This document shows, piece after piece, positions 1 through 8,421 of a DNA stretch of 55,574 nt; position 1 is the first letter of the stretch, and each line of letters starts with the position of its first letter. The position numbers and the translations under genes are program-made. The stretch is taken from positions 1-55,574 of the forward strand of contig SCQK01000001.1 of assembly GCA_004321885.1 (NCBI GenBank), given 5' to 3'. Below the pieces are notes generated by a model. That model saw only the letters and a program-made list of their open reading frames with translations. It had not been told where the DNA came from and did no database searches. The DNA comes from Patescibacteria group bacterium. GTDB taxonomy: Bacteria > Patescibacteriota > Patescibacteriia > Magasanikbacterales > GWA2-37-8.

Positions 1-124
1 TTCCCGACGACCAGCTGCCATTGGATAGGCCATATGGTTAAGCGATTATTACTGTTCACACAGTGAACAGGTGTAACCCTTGATACTACCATATGTTACC
101 CTATGGTGTTAACTGTACACCCTC

Positions 125-153
125 TTGACAAAATTACCAAAGTGTGCTATAAT
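125..153 (+). promoter_or_regulatory. sigma70-type promoter with perfect consensus TTGACA-N17-TATAAT
   Basis: ttgaca at 125-130, a 17-nt spacer, and tataat at 148-153 were read directly. No ORF with an RBS lies downstream before the terminator near 465. Confidence 0.6.
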
Positions 154-159
154 TACTTT

Positions 160-465
160 CGTATAAATGCCACACTCGTGGCATCGCACATTGGGTTTCT
201 ACCCACAAATCCGCACACTGCGTCTTCGGAGTAAGGTTCACCTCTGCTATCAAGCAAAGGCAAACCCAACTCCTACCAGGGCAACTCCAATAAAGCTGAA
301 GATAAGCCGCCTGCGCTTTCTACAGCTGGGGCTCTACCCATTAGCGGTTGCGGTTCTATTGCTACCATTCCGGTAGTCGTCTCCCCCGCCAGGGGGAACA
401 ACTCGGTCTGTGTAGTATTCCTAAAGGCCGAGAGCCATAAAACAACACTTAAGGGCTAATCGGCC
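160..465 (+). ncRNA. candidate ~300-nt structured non-coding RNA of unknown class
   Basis: Starts just downstream of the perfect promoter and ends at the hairpin aaaggccga...tcggcctttt followed by a T-run at ~405-465. Internal hairpins include gccac-act-gtggc, ccccc-gcca-ggggg and agctg...cagct. The only ORF (167-376) has no Shine-Dalgarno sequence. Confidence 0.3.
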
Positions 466-550
466 TTTTATAATTGCAAAAAAAATTACAAAATTTTGCT
501 TTTTTGGCTATGTTTTGATACAATACGCGCATAATTTTTAATTATTTCGT

Positions 551-2239
551 ATGGCAATCAGCTCGCAACCCCAACCAGCCCAACCCACGATCGTGGAAAA
601 GAAAAAAATCCCGGTCGTTGTTTTTATTTTAGCCGGAATCGCGCTTCTGGCCGCCAGCGCTTCGGCCGGATATTGGCTGGCCACCTTAAAAACAGCCAAC
701 AATCCGGTTATTTTCCCAAATAACACGAAAACCGAATCAAAAACAACCACAAACCAGGATGCCGACTTTGTAAAATTTTCAACTCCGAAGCAAATAGACA
801 GCTTGCGCTTATTTATTCCGCAATCGCAAAACAAAAACGAGGCCTTTTGGCATGATGAATCGCAGACCGGCTATTATGATGTTGGTCGGTTGGAATACAG
901 CAACGAAACGACTGCTCCGACCTCTACCAAACTGATAATGACCATCAGCCAGGTGGACATGGGAGAAAACCATTACTTGTTCGCTGTGGCCCCGGATAAG
1001 GCCTACTTACTGACAAAATATTCTGATTATATTGACAGCGGAGCCACAGAACAAGAACTGCAAAAGATCGGGCTGCTTACCGATAAAATAAACATTGATA
1101 CCAGTTTTACTATTCCTTCTCTTGAGTTCCCGCCCCAACTCACCGGACCGGAAAAAAACCAAAAACTCTATTTTGTGAAGAAAACCGCTTTTGACGAAAA
1201 ACCTGTGATGAGCCAACTGATGTTTGAAGATAAAAACTGGGGCAAAATATACACCAGCACAAGCACGGACGGATTTTATATTGACAACGGCGAACCTTAT
1301 GTCGGTGTCTACGCTCCCCAGCTCAACTACCTGGCCAAAAAAATAATTATGAACGACGGCACAGTGAACGAAGATGGATATACCGAAACAAATGCGATTA
1401 GTATATGCGGAACGCGCAGTTTTGCCAATGTTGTTTATGATGGAGTAAATAAACAGGACTTGGTTGGGGTGGGAAAAACACCGACAGGAGATAAAATTTA
1501 CGCTTTAACCAACAGCCAGCACCCGCTCTTAAAAGATTTTTATGACACCGCCGCCTACTTCATTCCAGGCGGTGAAACAAAGATTTCCTATGATGATTTT
1601 TTAAAGGAGAAGCCGCTGTTATTCGCTTATGACCAGTTCAACCGACTAATTGAACTCACAAAAGTCAAATTCCAACCCATGGGTGAATGCGGCAAGCCGG
1701 TAATATATTTGTACCCGGAAAAAACCACGGCTGTATCAGTGAAACTGGCGCCAAACGGCGGATTTACCTACACCGAACCGGTATACGATAATGGCTGGGA
1801 AGTAATGGCCGAGCCCAACGGCGCTTTGACTGAAATCAAAACCGGCAAGGCCTACCCATATCTATTCTGGGAAGGAAATGGCAGTTCCAAATCCAGCGAG
1901 CCGAACAAAAAGGGCTTTGTGGTGGCCAAAGAAAACGTCAAAAAATTTCTTGACGAGAAACTGGCCTTACTGGGCCTAAACGCCAAAGAAAGCGCGGATT
2001 TTGAAGAGTTCTGGTTGCCGCGCATGCAGGAAAAACCATATTATTTCGTCACTTTCTACGGCAAACAAATGATGGACGAAATCGCGCCGCTGGCAGTAAC
2101 GCCAAAGCCGGATACTATCATTAGAATTTTAATGGACTTCACTCCTCTGGCCTCACCAATGGCGGTGGAGGAACAAAAACTGAGCGCCCCCGCCCGCCAG
2201 GGCTTTACTGTCGTGGAATGGGGCGGGGTTCTTCGCTAA
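551..2239 (+). CDS. hypothetical membrane-anchored extracytoplasmic protein (562 aa)
   Basis: Has an N-terminal TM helix (IPVVVFILAGIALLAASASAGYWLATL) and its own TTGCTT-N17-TACAAT promoter at ~497-525. I recognised no domain. Confidence 0.65.
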   Translation: MAISSQPQPAQPTIVEKKKIPVVVFILAGIALLAASASAGYWLATLKTANNPVIFPNNTKTESKTTTNQDADFVKFSTPKQIDSLRLFIPQSQNKNEAFWHDESQTGYYDVGRLEYSNETTAPTSTKLIMTISQVDMGENHYLFAVAPDKAYLLTKYSDYIDSGATEQELQKIGLLTDKINIDTSFTIPSLEFPPQLTGPEKNQKLYFVKKTAFDEKPVMSQLMFEDKNWGKIYTSTSTDGFYIDNGEPYVGVYAPQLNYLAKKIIMNDGTVNEDGYTETNAISICGTRSFANVVYDGVNKQDLVGVGKTPTGDKIYALTNSQHPLLKDFYDTAAYFIPGGETKISYDDFLKEKPLLFAYDQFNRLIELTKVKFQPMGECGKPVIYLYPEKTTAVSVKLAPNGGFTYTEPVYDNGWEVMAEPNGALTEIKTGKAYPYLFWEGNGSSKSSEPNKKGFVVAKENVKKFLDEKLALLGLNAKESADFEEFWLPRMQEKPYYFVTFYGKQMMDEIAPLAVTPKPDTIIRILMDFTPLASPMAVEEQKLSAPARQGFTVVEWGGVLR

Positions 2240-2245
2240 ACAAAT

Positions 2246-4012
2246 ATGCGACAAAACATCCTGATAGCGATAATCGCGGTCGCCGCTTTTGGCGCGGGAT
2301 TGTTTGGTTTCTATTTTGGCAGTTCAAATTTACCCCCCTCTAACTCCCCCCTTATCAAGGGGGGAGAAAACGAAACGACGCGAACACATTCTTCATACAT
2401 CATGGACAAATCAGTCTATGACGGATTTTCCCAAAGCACCAGCGATTTACCCCCCACTAGCTCCCCCCTTAGTAAGGGGGGAGAAACGATTTTTGCCGGG
2501 GTCGTGCCACACCATCTGCTCGTGGGTAAATATATCTCCGGATTTTTCGCCAAACTGCAAAAACAAAAACCCGAGGTCGTCGTGCTCATCGGTCCCAACC
2601 ATCCGCAAGCCGGCAGGAGCGCCGTCGTGAGCGGACTTTACGACTGGAACACGCCCTACGGCGAATTGCCGGCCGCGGAAAAAATAATTTCCGAATTGGC
2701 GCGGCAAAATCTTATCACCATAAATGATGGACTGCTCGGCAAAGAAAACAGCATTGGCGCGCTGGCGCCTTTTATCAAACAAACTTGGGGCAAAACCAAA
2801 TTCGTGCCGCTGATAGTAAAAAACTCCGCCAAACCGGAACAACTGCGAAATCTAACTGACGCGCTCGTAAAACTTTTGCCTAAAAATTCACTGGTTTTGG
2901 CCAGTGTGGATTTTTCCCATTACCTGCCAAAAGAAGTCGCCGACTTCCATGATGAGCTATCCATCAATGTTTTGGAAACCGGCGATGAAGAGCGCGTCGC
3001 GAAAATGGAAATAGACAGCCAGCCGAGCATCCGCTTTTTGCTGGATTACACGCGAGCGATTGGAGCGCGAAAATTCAATTTGCTTTATCACACCAACAGC
3101 GCGGATATAATGCATCAGCCCGAGCTGGCTGAAACCACCAGCCATGTTTTGGGGTATTTCATTGCCGGCGAACTGAGCGCGAGCAAGTCGGTTTCTTTGC
3201 AATTCTTCGGGGATATGATGCTGGAACGCAATGTGGCGCGGGCCATGGGCACGAGCGGTTTGGACTATTTGCTCGGCGACTTGCGCGGAAAAGAAAATAG
3301 ATTTTTTGCAGGCATGGATTTGATTGTGGCCAATCTGGAAGGCCCTTTCGCGCCAGCGCGGATTCAAACAAGTAAATCAATCGCCTTTCGTTTTGACCCG
3401 GCGCTGGCCGGGCAGTTGAAGAAATATAATTTTGGCGCCTTTTCTTTGGCCAACAATCATTTGCTGGACATGGGCTGGAAAAATTTGGACTTTACCAAAA
3501 AAATTCTGGAGCAAAACGACTTGGGTTACTTCGGCGACCAGTGGCGCGAAGGACCGGAGTACACACTGTTGGAGGGGTCGGTTGCTTTCATCGGCATCAA
3601 CAACACCGACCACAACTTGGATATGAAAAAATTGAAAGAGGCCTTGGACGAAGCCCGACATAACGCGGAATATGTTATCGTGATGCCGCACTGGGGAGTG
3701 GAATACCAGCAAACTTCCAACCAAAATCAGCGCGACTTGGCGCATTGGCTGATTGACAACGGCGCCGACGCCGTGGTGGGTAGTCATCCGCACGTGACGC
3801 AAGAAATGAAAATTTACAAAGACGCTCCGATATTTTATTCGCTCGGCAATTTCATTTTTGACCAATATTTTTCCAAAGAAACGCAAGAGGGGCTAAGCGT
3901 GGGGTTGATATTGCAAGATGGGAAAGTGAAAAAAATTTACCAGTTTCCCTTTTACGGTGAAAAATCCAAAGTCCGGCTGAAAGGGTCTGTCGCTGGCGAC
4001 AGACAAAATTAA
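2246..4012 (+). CDS. fusion protein: N-terminal MEMO1/AmmeMemoRadiSam-B-like domain plus C-terminal CapA/PgsA-type (poly-gamma-glutamate synthesis) metallophosphatase domain
   Basis: An N-terminal TM anchor is followed by the MEMO-like motifs VVPHHLLVG...VVVLIGPNHP. The C-terminal half carries CapA-like motifs (ANLEGP, SLANNHLLDMG, VIVMPHWGVEY, VVGSHPHV, GNFIFDQ). Two in-frame palindromic repeat insertions are present. Confidence 0.7.
   Translation: MRQNILIAIIAVAAFGAGLFGFYFGSSNLPPSNSPLIKGGENETTRTHSSYIMDKSVYDGFSQSTSDLPPTSSPLSKGGETIFAGVVPHHLLVGKYISGFFAKLQKQKPEVVVLIGPNHPQAGRSAVVSGLYDWNTPYGELPAAEKIISELARQNLITINDGLLGKENSIGALAPFIKQTWGKTKFVPLIVKNSAKPEQLRNLTDALVKLLPKNSLVLASVDFSHYLPKEVADFHDELSINVLETGDEERVAKMEIDSQPSIRFLLDYTRAIGARKFNLLYHTNSADIMHQPELAETTSHVLGYFIAGELSASKSVSLQFFGDMMLERNVARAMGTSGLDYLLGDLRGKENRFFAGMDLIVANLEGPFAPARIQTSKSIAFRFDPALAGQLKKYNFGAFSLANNHLLDMGWKNLDFTKKILEQNDLGYFGDQWREGPEYTLLEGSVAFIGINNTDHNLDMKKLKEALDEARHNAEYVIVMPHWGVEYQQTSNQNQRDLAHWLIDNGADAVVGSHPHVTQEMKIYKDAPIFYSLGNFIFDQYFSKETQEGLSVGLILQDGKVKKIYQFPFYGEKSKVRLKGSVAGDRQN
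2333..2366. repeat. palindromic repeat family D (CCCCTCC...CCCCTTATNAAGGGG...GGAGGGG), in-frame copy
   Basis: ccccctctaactccccccttatcaaggggggag; translates to LPPSNSPLIKGGE inside the 2246-4012 ORF. Confidence 0.8.
2451..2483. repeat. palindromic repeat family D, in-frame copy
   Basis: cccccactagctccccccttagtaaggggggag; translates to LPPTSSPLSKGGE inside the same ORF. Confidence 0.8.
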
Positions 4013-4116
4013 AATAGGGCCGAGATGTCTAACAACACCCGGCCCCGTAACAAACACTGACTGCCTCCCTTCTTCGTCGCCCCGTAATGGTGGCGATTTT
4101 GTCGTTGAGCGAATGA

Positions 4117-5337
4117 CTACGGCTTCGGCGTGGACTTCTCGGCCTCCACCACCTGGCGCGCCTTCTCCTCCGCCGCTTTGCGCACCTTCTCCGCCTCCGC
4201 TCTGATCTGTTCGGCTTTCTCGTCCGGATCGGACGAGATTTTCACACCCGCCCAGCCGCCCGTCACGTCACGATTCCGCCGCTTGGGCAACGGAGGCGGC
4301 TTGCGCTTGTCCTCGGCCGGTTGTACTGGCCCTGTGGGGTCGTCCTTGGGCGCTACCTTGTCCGCCTCCGCGCAGACATTATTGATGGCCTTGTCCACCG
4401 CTGCCACCTCGTCTGCACTGTCTTTCGGCGGTAGCTCGGCTATCATGCGCAGACCGGTCGGCGTACACGCCTCATCGAACTCGGCCACTGCCTCGGGCAC
4501 TCCCTCACCTGCTTTTTCCTCACCCGCGACCATCTCGTCGGTCACCACTACCTCGCCAGGCGCAGGCTCGTTCTTGACTGACTCTGGCCCTAGCCAGCCA
4601 TATTTCACGACCACTGTGTCCCAGACCTGCATCAGCACCGTCACTTCCAGGTACTCGACAAGAACCTTGGGCTCCAGCAGGGGATGGCTCAACAGAACCT
4701 TATCATCCCAGGTCTGGCCGGCCCTTCCCAAGCGCATGGAGTGCCTCATCACCTCGGCTGTCAGAGCCGGCGGCAACTTGGCGACCTGCTCGGCGTTAAG
4801 CAAGCCGATCGCCTCAACCACCTCGCAGTGAGTATTCTTGCCGGCGCTGACATCTTCCAGCAAGTCCAACTCCAGTATGAGGTCAACCAGCTGGTAGGCG
4901 AGTCGCTTGTGCTCTTTGGTGTCCTTCTCCCGCCAACCGCTCTGGAAGAGCAACTCCTGGATGAGTCGGGCCGGCAGGTAACGAACGGCATCATCGGCCG
5001 GCATAGCCTTGACGATCTGGTCCGGGTTCGTATCCCCCACTTCCAATGCCCCCTCCAGGCCCTCGCCTGCCCACTGCCAAGACTGGCGGCAGACAGTCGC
5101 ACGTGCACCAGATACGGCGCAAGCCTTGAGAATGTCTGCCCGTCTTCCCGGCTGGTCAGCCAACCCCTCCATTATGGCCATGGGCGGAAACTTGGCCACG
5201 ATGTCGCTCGTGGTGAGCACGGTCGCTCCGGTCACGAGCGCTAGGTCCAGCGCGCTGGCCAACAGCTTCTCCGCTGGCCTCAGGTCCCGGGGTTTCTTTG
5301 TCCCAATCGGAACGCTCTCTCCGCTTTCCTTCATCAT
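4117..5337 (-). CDS. hypothetical protein (406 aa) in a GC-rich islet
   Basis: Strong RBS (AAGGAGAAA before ATG). GC content is well above the flanking DNA. The product is acidic with an A/E/K-rich C-terminal low-complexity tail. I recognised no family. Confidence 0.6.
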   Translation of the reverse strand: MMKESGESVPIGTKKPRDLRPAEKLLASALDLALVTGATVLTTSDIVAKFPPMAIMEGLADQPGRRADILKACAVSGARATVCRQSWQWAGEGLEGALEVGDTNPDQIVKAMPADDAVRYLPARLIQELLFQSGWREKDTKEHKRLAYQLVDLILELDLLEDVSAGKNTHCEVVEAIGLLNAEQVAKLPPALTAEVMRHSMRLGRAGQTWDDKVLLSHPLLEPKVLVEYLEVTVLMQVWDTVVVKYGWLGPESVKNEPAPGEVVVTDEMVAGEEKAGEGVPEAVAEFDEACTPTGLRMIAELPPKDSADEVAAVDKAINNVCAEADKVAPKDDPTGPVQPAEDKRKPPPLPKRRNRDVTGGWAGVKISSDPDEKAEQIRAEAEKVRKAAEEKARQVVEAEKSTPKP

Positions 5338-5417
5338 TTTCTCCTTCGTGTTTCTTTCATTTCTCTTGGACCCACCACGGGCCCAATCTGAACTTCATCC
5401 TGAACGCGGCAAAAAAT

Positions 5418-5663
5418 CCCCTACAGGGCCTGTCGCCGAATACGCTTTCGTGACGAAATTACAGAATTCCGAGACAAAATTGTTGAATAATTTTGCGGCT
5501 TACCTGGAAGGTAAGCCAAAAATTTGAAGCGAACTTAAAAATTTCTGCGGGCTTCGCAAGTCAAAATAAATTTTGACTTGTCTCAGCCCTTGAAATTTTG
5601 AGACAATTTTGGCCGGAATTCTGGAATTGCAGTAGAAATGGTATTCGGCGACAGGCCCCTACA
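5418..5663. repeat. hairpin-dense ~246-bp element bounded by an 18-bp perfect inverted repeat (MITE-like or structured RNA)
   Basis: Left end cccctacaGGGCCTGTCGCCGAATAC and right end GTATTCGGCGACAGGCCcctaca. Interior palindromes include caagtcaaaat-a-attttgacttg, gcttacc...ggtaagc, gtctcag...ttgagac and an imperfect cagaattccgagacaaaattg / caattttggccggaattctg pair. Confidence 0.6.
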
Positions 5664-5928
5664 ATAAAAACGAAAGGGATCCTTCCACCGCCCCGAGGCG
5701 GGGCCCCGCTGCGGCGGTGGCGCTTCGCTCAGGATGACAGTAAATAAGTCAAGGCTGCGAAAAAAATTATAAAGAACTATATAACATTACACAGGATGCT
5801 TGATTTGTCAAGCTCCGCCGCTCTATTTTTGGCTTAGGCCAGCCGCAACTCGGCTGTAACCAAATGGGGTTGACTATCCCCCGCCAAACAGGGTATAATA
5901 TATCTGTTTTTACTCTCACTTATTTCGT

Positions 5929-6321
5929 ATGGAAAAGACCAAAGCCGGTTTCGCGCCGGAATTTCTAAAAAAAATAAAACAGATGCTTTCCGATGAAAAA
6001 GCCAAGCTGGAAAGCGAGCTGGCCAAATTTGCCAAAAAAAATCCCGAGGAAGAAGGCGACTATAAAAGCTCGTTTCCGGATTACGGCGACAAAGACGACG
6101 AGAACGCGGCCGAGGTGGCCGAGTACGCCGTGAATTTATCTTTGGAAGACAACCTGGAAAAAACCCTGCGCGACGTGCGCTCGGCCCTGAAGCGCCTGGA
6201 AAAAGGCGACTATGGTTTTTGCAAATACTGCCACAAACCCATAGAAGAAAAGCGCCTGCTGGCCCGCCCCACTTCCAGTTCCTGCATGGAATGCAAAAAA
6301 ATAATCAAGCAGGAAGTTTAG
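5929..6321 (+). CDS. dksA: DksA/TraR family C4-type zinc-finger protein
   Basis: Coiled-coil N-terminal region plus a CxxC-N17-CxxC finger (CKYCHKPIEEKRLLARPTSSSCMECKK). A TATAAT element lies upstream at ~5893. Confidence 0.7.
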   Translation: MEKTKAGFAPEFLKKIKQMLSDEKAKLESELAKFAKKNPEEEGDYKSSFPDYGDKDDENAAEVAEYAVNLSLEDNLEKTLRDVRSALKRLEKGDYGFCKYCHKPIEEKRLLARPTSSSCMECKKIIKQEV

Positions 6322-6322
6322 T

Positions 6323-6829
6323 ATGTTACAAAAAATCCGCTGGAGGAGTTTGCTCACTGGCGGATTTTTTTTAATTATTGACCAATTTTTGAAATGGTTT
6401 TCTTTAGACGCGTGGACAGAAAAAAAGATTGGCTGCCTCGGTTTACCCCCACACCAAAATTTTTGGTGTGGGGGCTGGGAACCATTCGCCAATTATGGCG
6501 CGGCTTTTGGCTTGCCCGTGCCCAACCGGGTGATTGTCATTCTGACTATTCCCGCCCTGTTTCTGATTGGGTATCTATTCGCGAAACAAAGACCCCCTCT
6601 TAATCTCCCCCTTAGCAAGGGGGAGGGGATTCGTTTATTTGCGCTCGCAATTTTATTTTTCGGAGCGCTGTCAAACCTGATAGACCGGCTGGCCTATGGA
6701 TACGTGGTGGATTATCTGCGAGCGCTTACGGGAATAATAAATTTGAGCGATATTCTGATTGTATTGGGATTATTATTTTTTTTGTTTGGTAAAGGGATTC
6801 CTCTCCCGACTAAGTCGGGATCGGAATGA
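6323..6829 (+). CDS. lspA: lipoprotein signal peptidase II
   Basis: Four TM segments with the motifs NYGAAFGLP and DRLAYGYVVDYL. Contains an in-frame family-D repeat (RPPLNLPLSKGEG). Confidence 0.75.
   Translation: MLQKIRWRSLLTGGFFLIIDQFLKWFSLDAWTEKKIGCLGLPPHQNFWCGGWEPFANYGAAFGLPVPNRVIVILTIPALFLIGYLFAKQRPPLNLPLSKGEGIRLFALAILFFGALSNLIDRLAYGYVVDYLRALTGIINLSDILIVLGLLFFLFGKGIPLPTKSGSE
6593..6628. repeat. palindromic repeat family D, in-frame in lspA
   Basis: ccccctcttaatctcccccttagcaagggggagggg. Confidence 0.8.
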
Positions 6830-6832
6830 CAG
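6803..6832. repeat. palindromic repeat family B core (CCCGACTAAGTCGGG) plus the ggaatgacag motif shared with family A
   Basis: tcccgactaagtcgggatcggaatgacag at the lspA 3' end / comM start. Confidence 0.7.
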
Positions 6833-8352
6833 TATGTATGTTTTGTAAATTGAACTCGGGCTCGGTGATGGGTTTGGAATGCCAGCCCGTGGAAGTGGAG
6901 GTTGACATCAGCAAAGGTCAGACCGCCTTCGGCATCGTGGGCCTGCCCGACGCTTCCATCAACGAAGCGCGCAGCCGCATCCACTCGGCCATTAAAAATT
7001 CCGGCTATGATTATCCGTTTAATTTTCGCATCCTAATAAATCTGGCGCCGGCCAGCGCGCGCAAAGAAGGCACGTCCTATGACTTGGCCATGGCCGCGGG
7101 CATGATCGTGGCCAGCGGCGAATTGCGCGCCGATCTAAGCGACGCCATCCTGACCGGCGAACTGGCCTTAGACGGCGCCCTGCGGCACGTAAACGGCATC
7201 TTGCCGCTCTCCCTGTTCGCCAAAAACCGCGGACTGAAAAGAATCTTCCTGCCGGAAATGGACGCGCCCGAAGCCGGACTGGTGGACGGACTGGAAATAT
7301 ATCCGGTGAAAAATTTGCGCCAGTTACTGGAACACATTGAGGGCAAAACGTTTATCGCCCCTTACGCGCGTACGGAAAATCCGAACAATTATCGCGCGCC
7401 CGAATACGAACTGGACATGGCGCTCATCAAAGGCCAGGAGTTCGCCAAACGCGCGCTGGAAATCGCGGCCAGCGGGGCGCACAACATACTGATGAGCGGG
7501 CCGCCCGGCTCGGGCAAGACCCTTTTGGCGCGCACCCTGCCTTCCATTTTACCGCGCCTTACTTCCGACGAAGTATTGGAAGTGACAAAAATTTATTCCG
7601 TGGCCGGCCTGCTCCAAAGCAGTTTCATCACCGAACGTCCGTTTCGCTCGCCGCACCACACGGCCTCGGGCGTGGCCTTGGTGGGCGGCGGCCGGTATCC
7701 GCGGCCCGGCGAAATATCCCTCTCGCACCGCGGCGTGCTTTTTTTGGATGAGTTCCCCGAATTCGCTCGCTCGGTTTTGGAAAACCTGCGCCAGCCCCTG
7801 GAAGACGGAACCGTTACCGTTTCCCGCGCCGAGGGTTCGGTCGCTTTTCCGGCCCGCTTTATTCTGGTGGCCAGCCAAAATCCCTGTCCCTGCGGTTTTT
7901 ACACCGACCCGGAACGGCAATGCACCTGTGGCAGCGCGCAAATTTTGCGTTACCGAAAAAAAATCAGCGGCCCCTTGTTGGACCGCATTGATTTGCACAC
8001 CGAGGTGCCGCGAGTGAAGTTTGAAAAACTGGCCTCGGACGAACTGGCCGAGTCATCGGAAAAAATACGCCTGCGCGTGGAAGAAGCGCGCGAACGGCAG
8101 AACAAAAGATTCCGCGGCTTGCCCGTGACCGCCAATAGCGAAATGAGGGGCGGTGAAATCCGCCAGTTCTGCAAACTGGACGACCCGTCAATTGATTTGT
8201 TGCGCGCGGCCATGACCCGCATGCGCCTGTCGGCGCGCGCCTACAATCGCGTTCTCAAACTCGGCCGCACCATCGCCGACCTGGCCAAGAGTGACGACAT
8301 CAAGCTGGAACACGTGGCCGAAGCCCTGCAGTATCGAGCAAAAAGCGAATAA
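6826..8352 (+). CDS. comM: YifB/ComM family Mg-chelatase-like AAA+ ATPase
   Basis: N-terminal Lon-like domain, Walker A GPPGSGKT, sensor motifs, and a C-terminal domain conserved along its full length. Confidence 0.9.
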   Translation: MTVCMFCKLNSGSVMGLECQPVEVEVDISKGQTAFGIVGLPDASINEARSRIHSAIKNSGYDYPFNFRILINLAPASARKEGTSYDLAMAAGMIVASGELRADLSDAILTGELALDGALRHVNGILPLSLFAKNRGLKRIFLPEMDAPEAGLVDGLEIYPVKNLRQLLEHIEGKTFIAPYARTENPNNYRAPEYELDMALIKGQEFAKRALEIAASGAHNILMSGPPGSGKTLLARTLPSILPRLTSDEVLEVTKIYSVAGLLQSSFITERPFRSPHHTASGVALVGGGRYPRPGEISLSHRGVLFLDEFPEFARSVLENLRQPLEDGTVTVSRAEGSVAFPARFILVASQNPCPCGFYTDPERQCTCGSAQILRYRKKISGPLLDRIDLHTEVPRVKFEKLASDELAESSEKIRLRVEEARERQNKRFRGLPVTANSEMRGGEIRQFCKLDDPSIDLLRAAMTRMRLSARAYNRVLKLGRTIADLAKSDDIKLEHVAEALQYRAKSE

Positions 8353-8358
8353 AAAATA

Positions 8359-8420
8359 TCGCTTATCGCGTGTCGCTGATTATCTATGAATCAAACGATG
8401 CGATAAGCGATATTGGATCA
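8359..8420. terminator. bidirectional hairpin between convergent genes
   Basis: A 14-bp inverted repeat atatcgcttatcgc ... gcgataagcgatat. Confidence 0.45.
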
Positions 8421-8421
8421 A

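Noticed and set aside
52-70. LexA/SOS box
   Set aside because: CTGT and ACAG are separated by 11 nt, not 8, and the GAAC/GTTC halves have the wrong spacing for a Cheo box.
167-376. 69-aa ORF inside the ncRNA candidate
   Set aside because: There is no Shine-Dalgarno sequence, the predicted peptide has an odd composition, and the ORF lies wholly within a promoter-to-terminator unit that looks non-coding.
160-465. Assignment of the candidate ncRNA to RNase P RNA, tmRNA, SRP RNA or 5S rRNA
   Set aside because: There is no GGAAAGUCCGG / ACAGAAnCCGGCUUA pair, no tRNA-like 3' end (GGUUCGAnUCC...CCA), no GGAA-tetraloop helix 8 and no 5S loop motifs. Class left open.
2289-2842. ORFs 2289-2630(+), 2416-2598(-) and 2447-2842(-) inside the MEMO-CapA gene
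   Set aside because: These are alternative frames across the in-frame palindromic repeats. The main frame has continuous domain homology.
4017-4045. Hairpin gggccg...cggccc as terminator of the CapA-fusion gene
   Set aside because: There is no downstream T-run on the plus strand, and it is ~70 nt from the minus-strand gene end. The function is unclear.
4130-5244. Plus-strand ORFs 4130-4831 and 4684-5244 overlapping the islet-1 gene
   Set aside because: These are antisense frames of a GC-rich gene. The products are Ser/Thr/Ala-rich and low-complexity, with no RBS. The minus-strand 406-aa ORF has a strong RBS.
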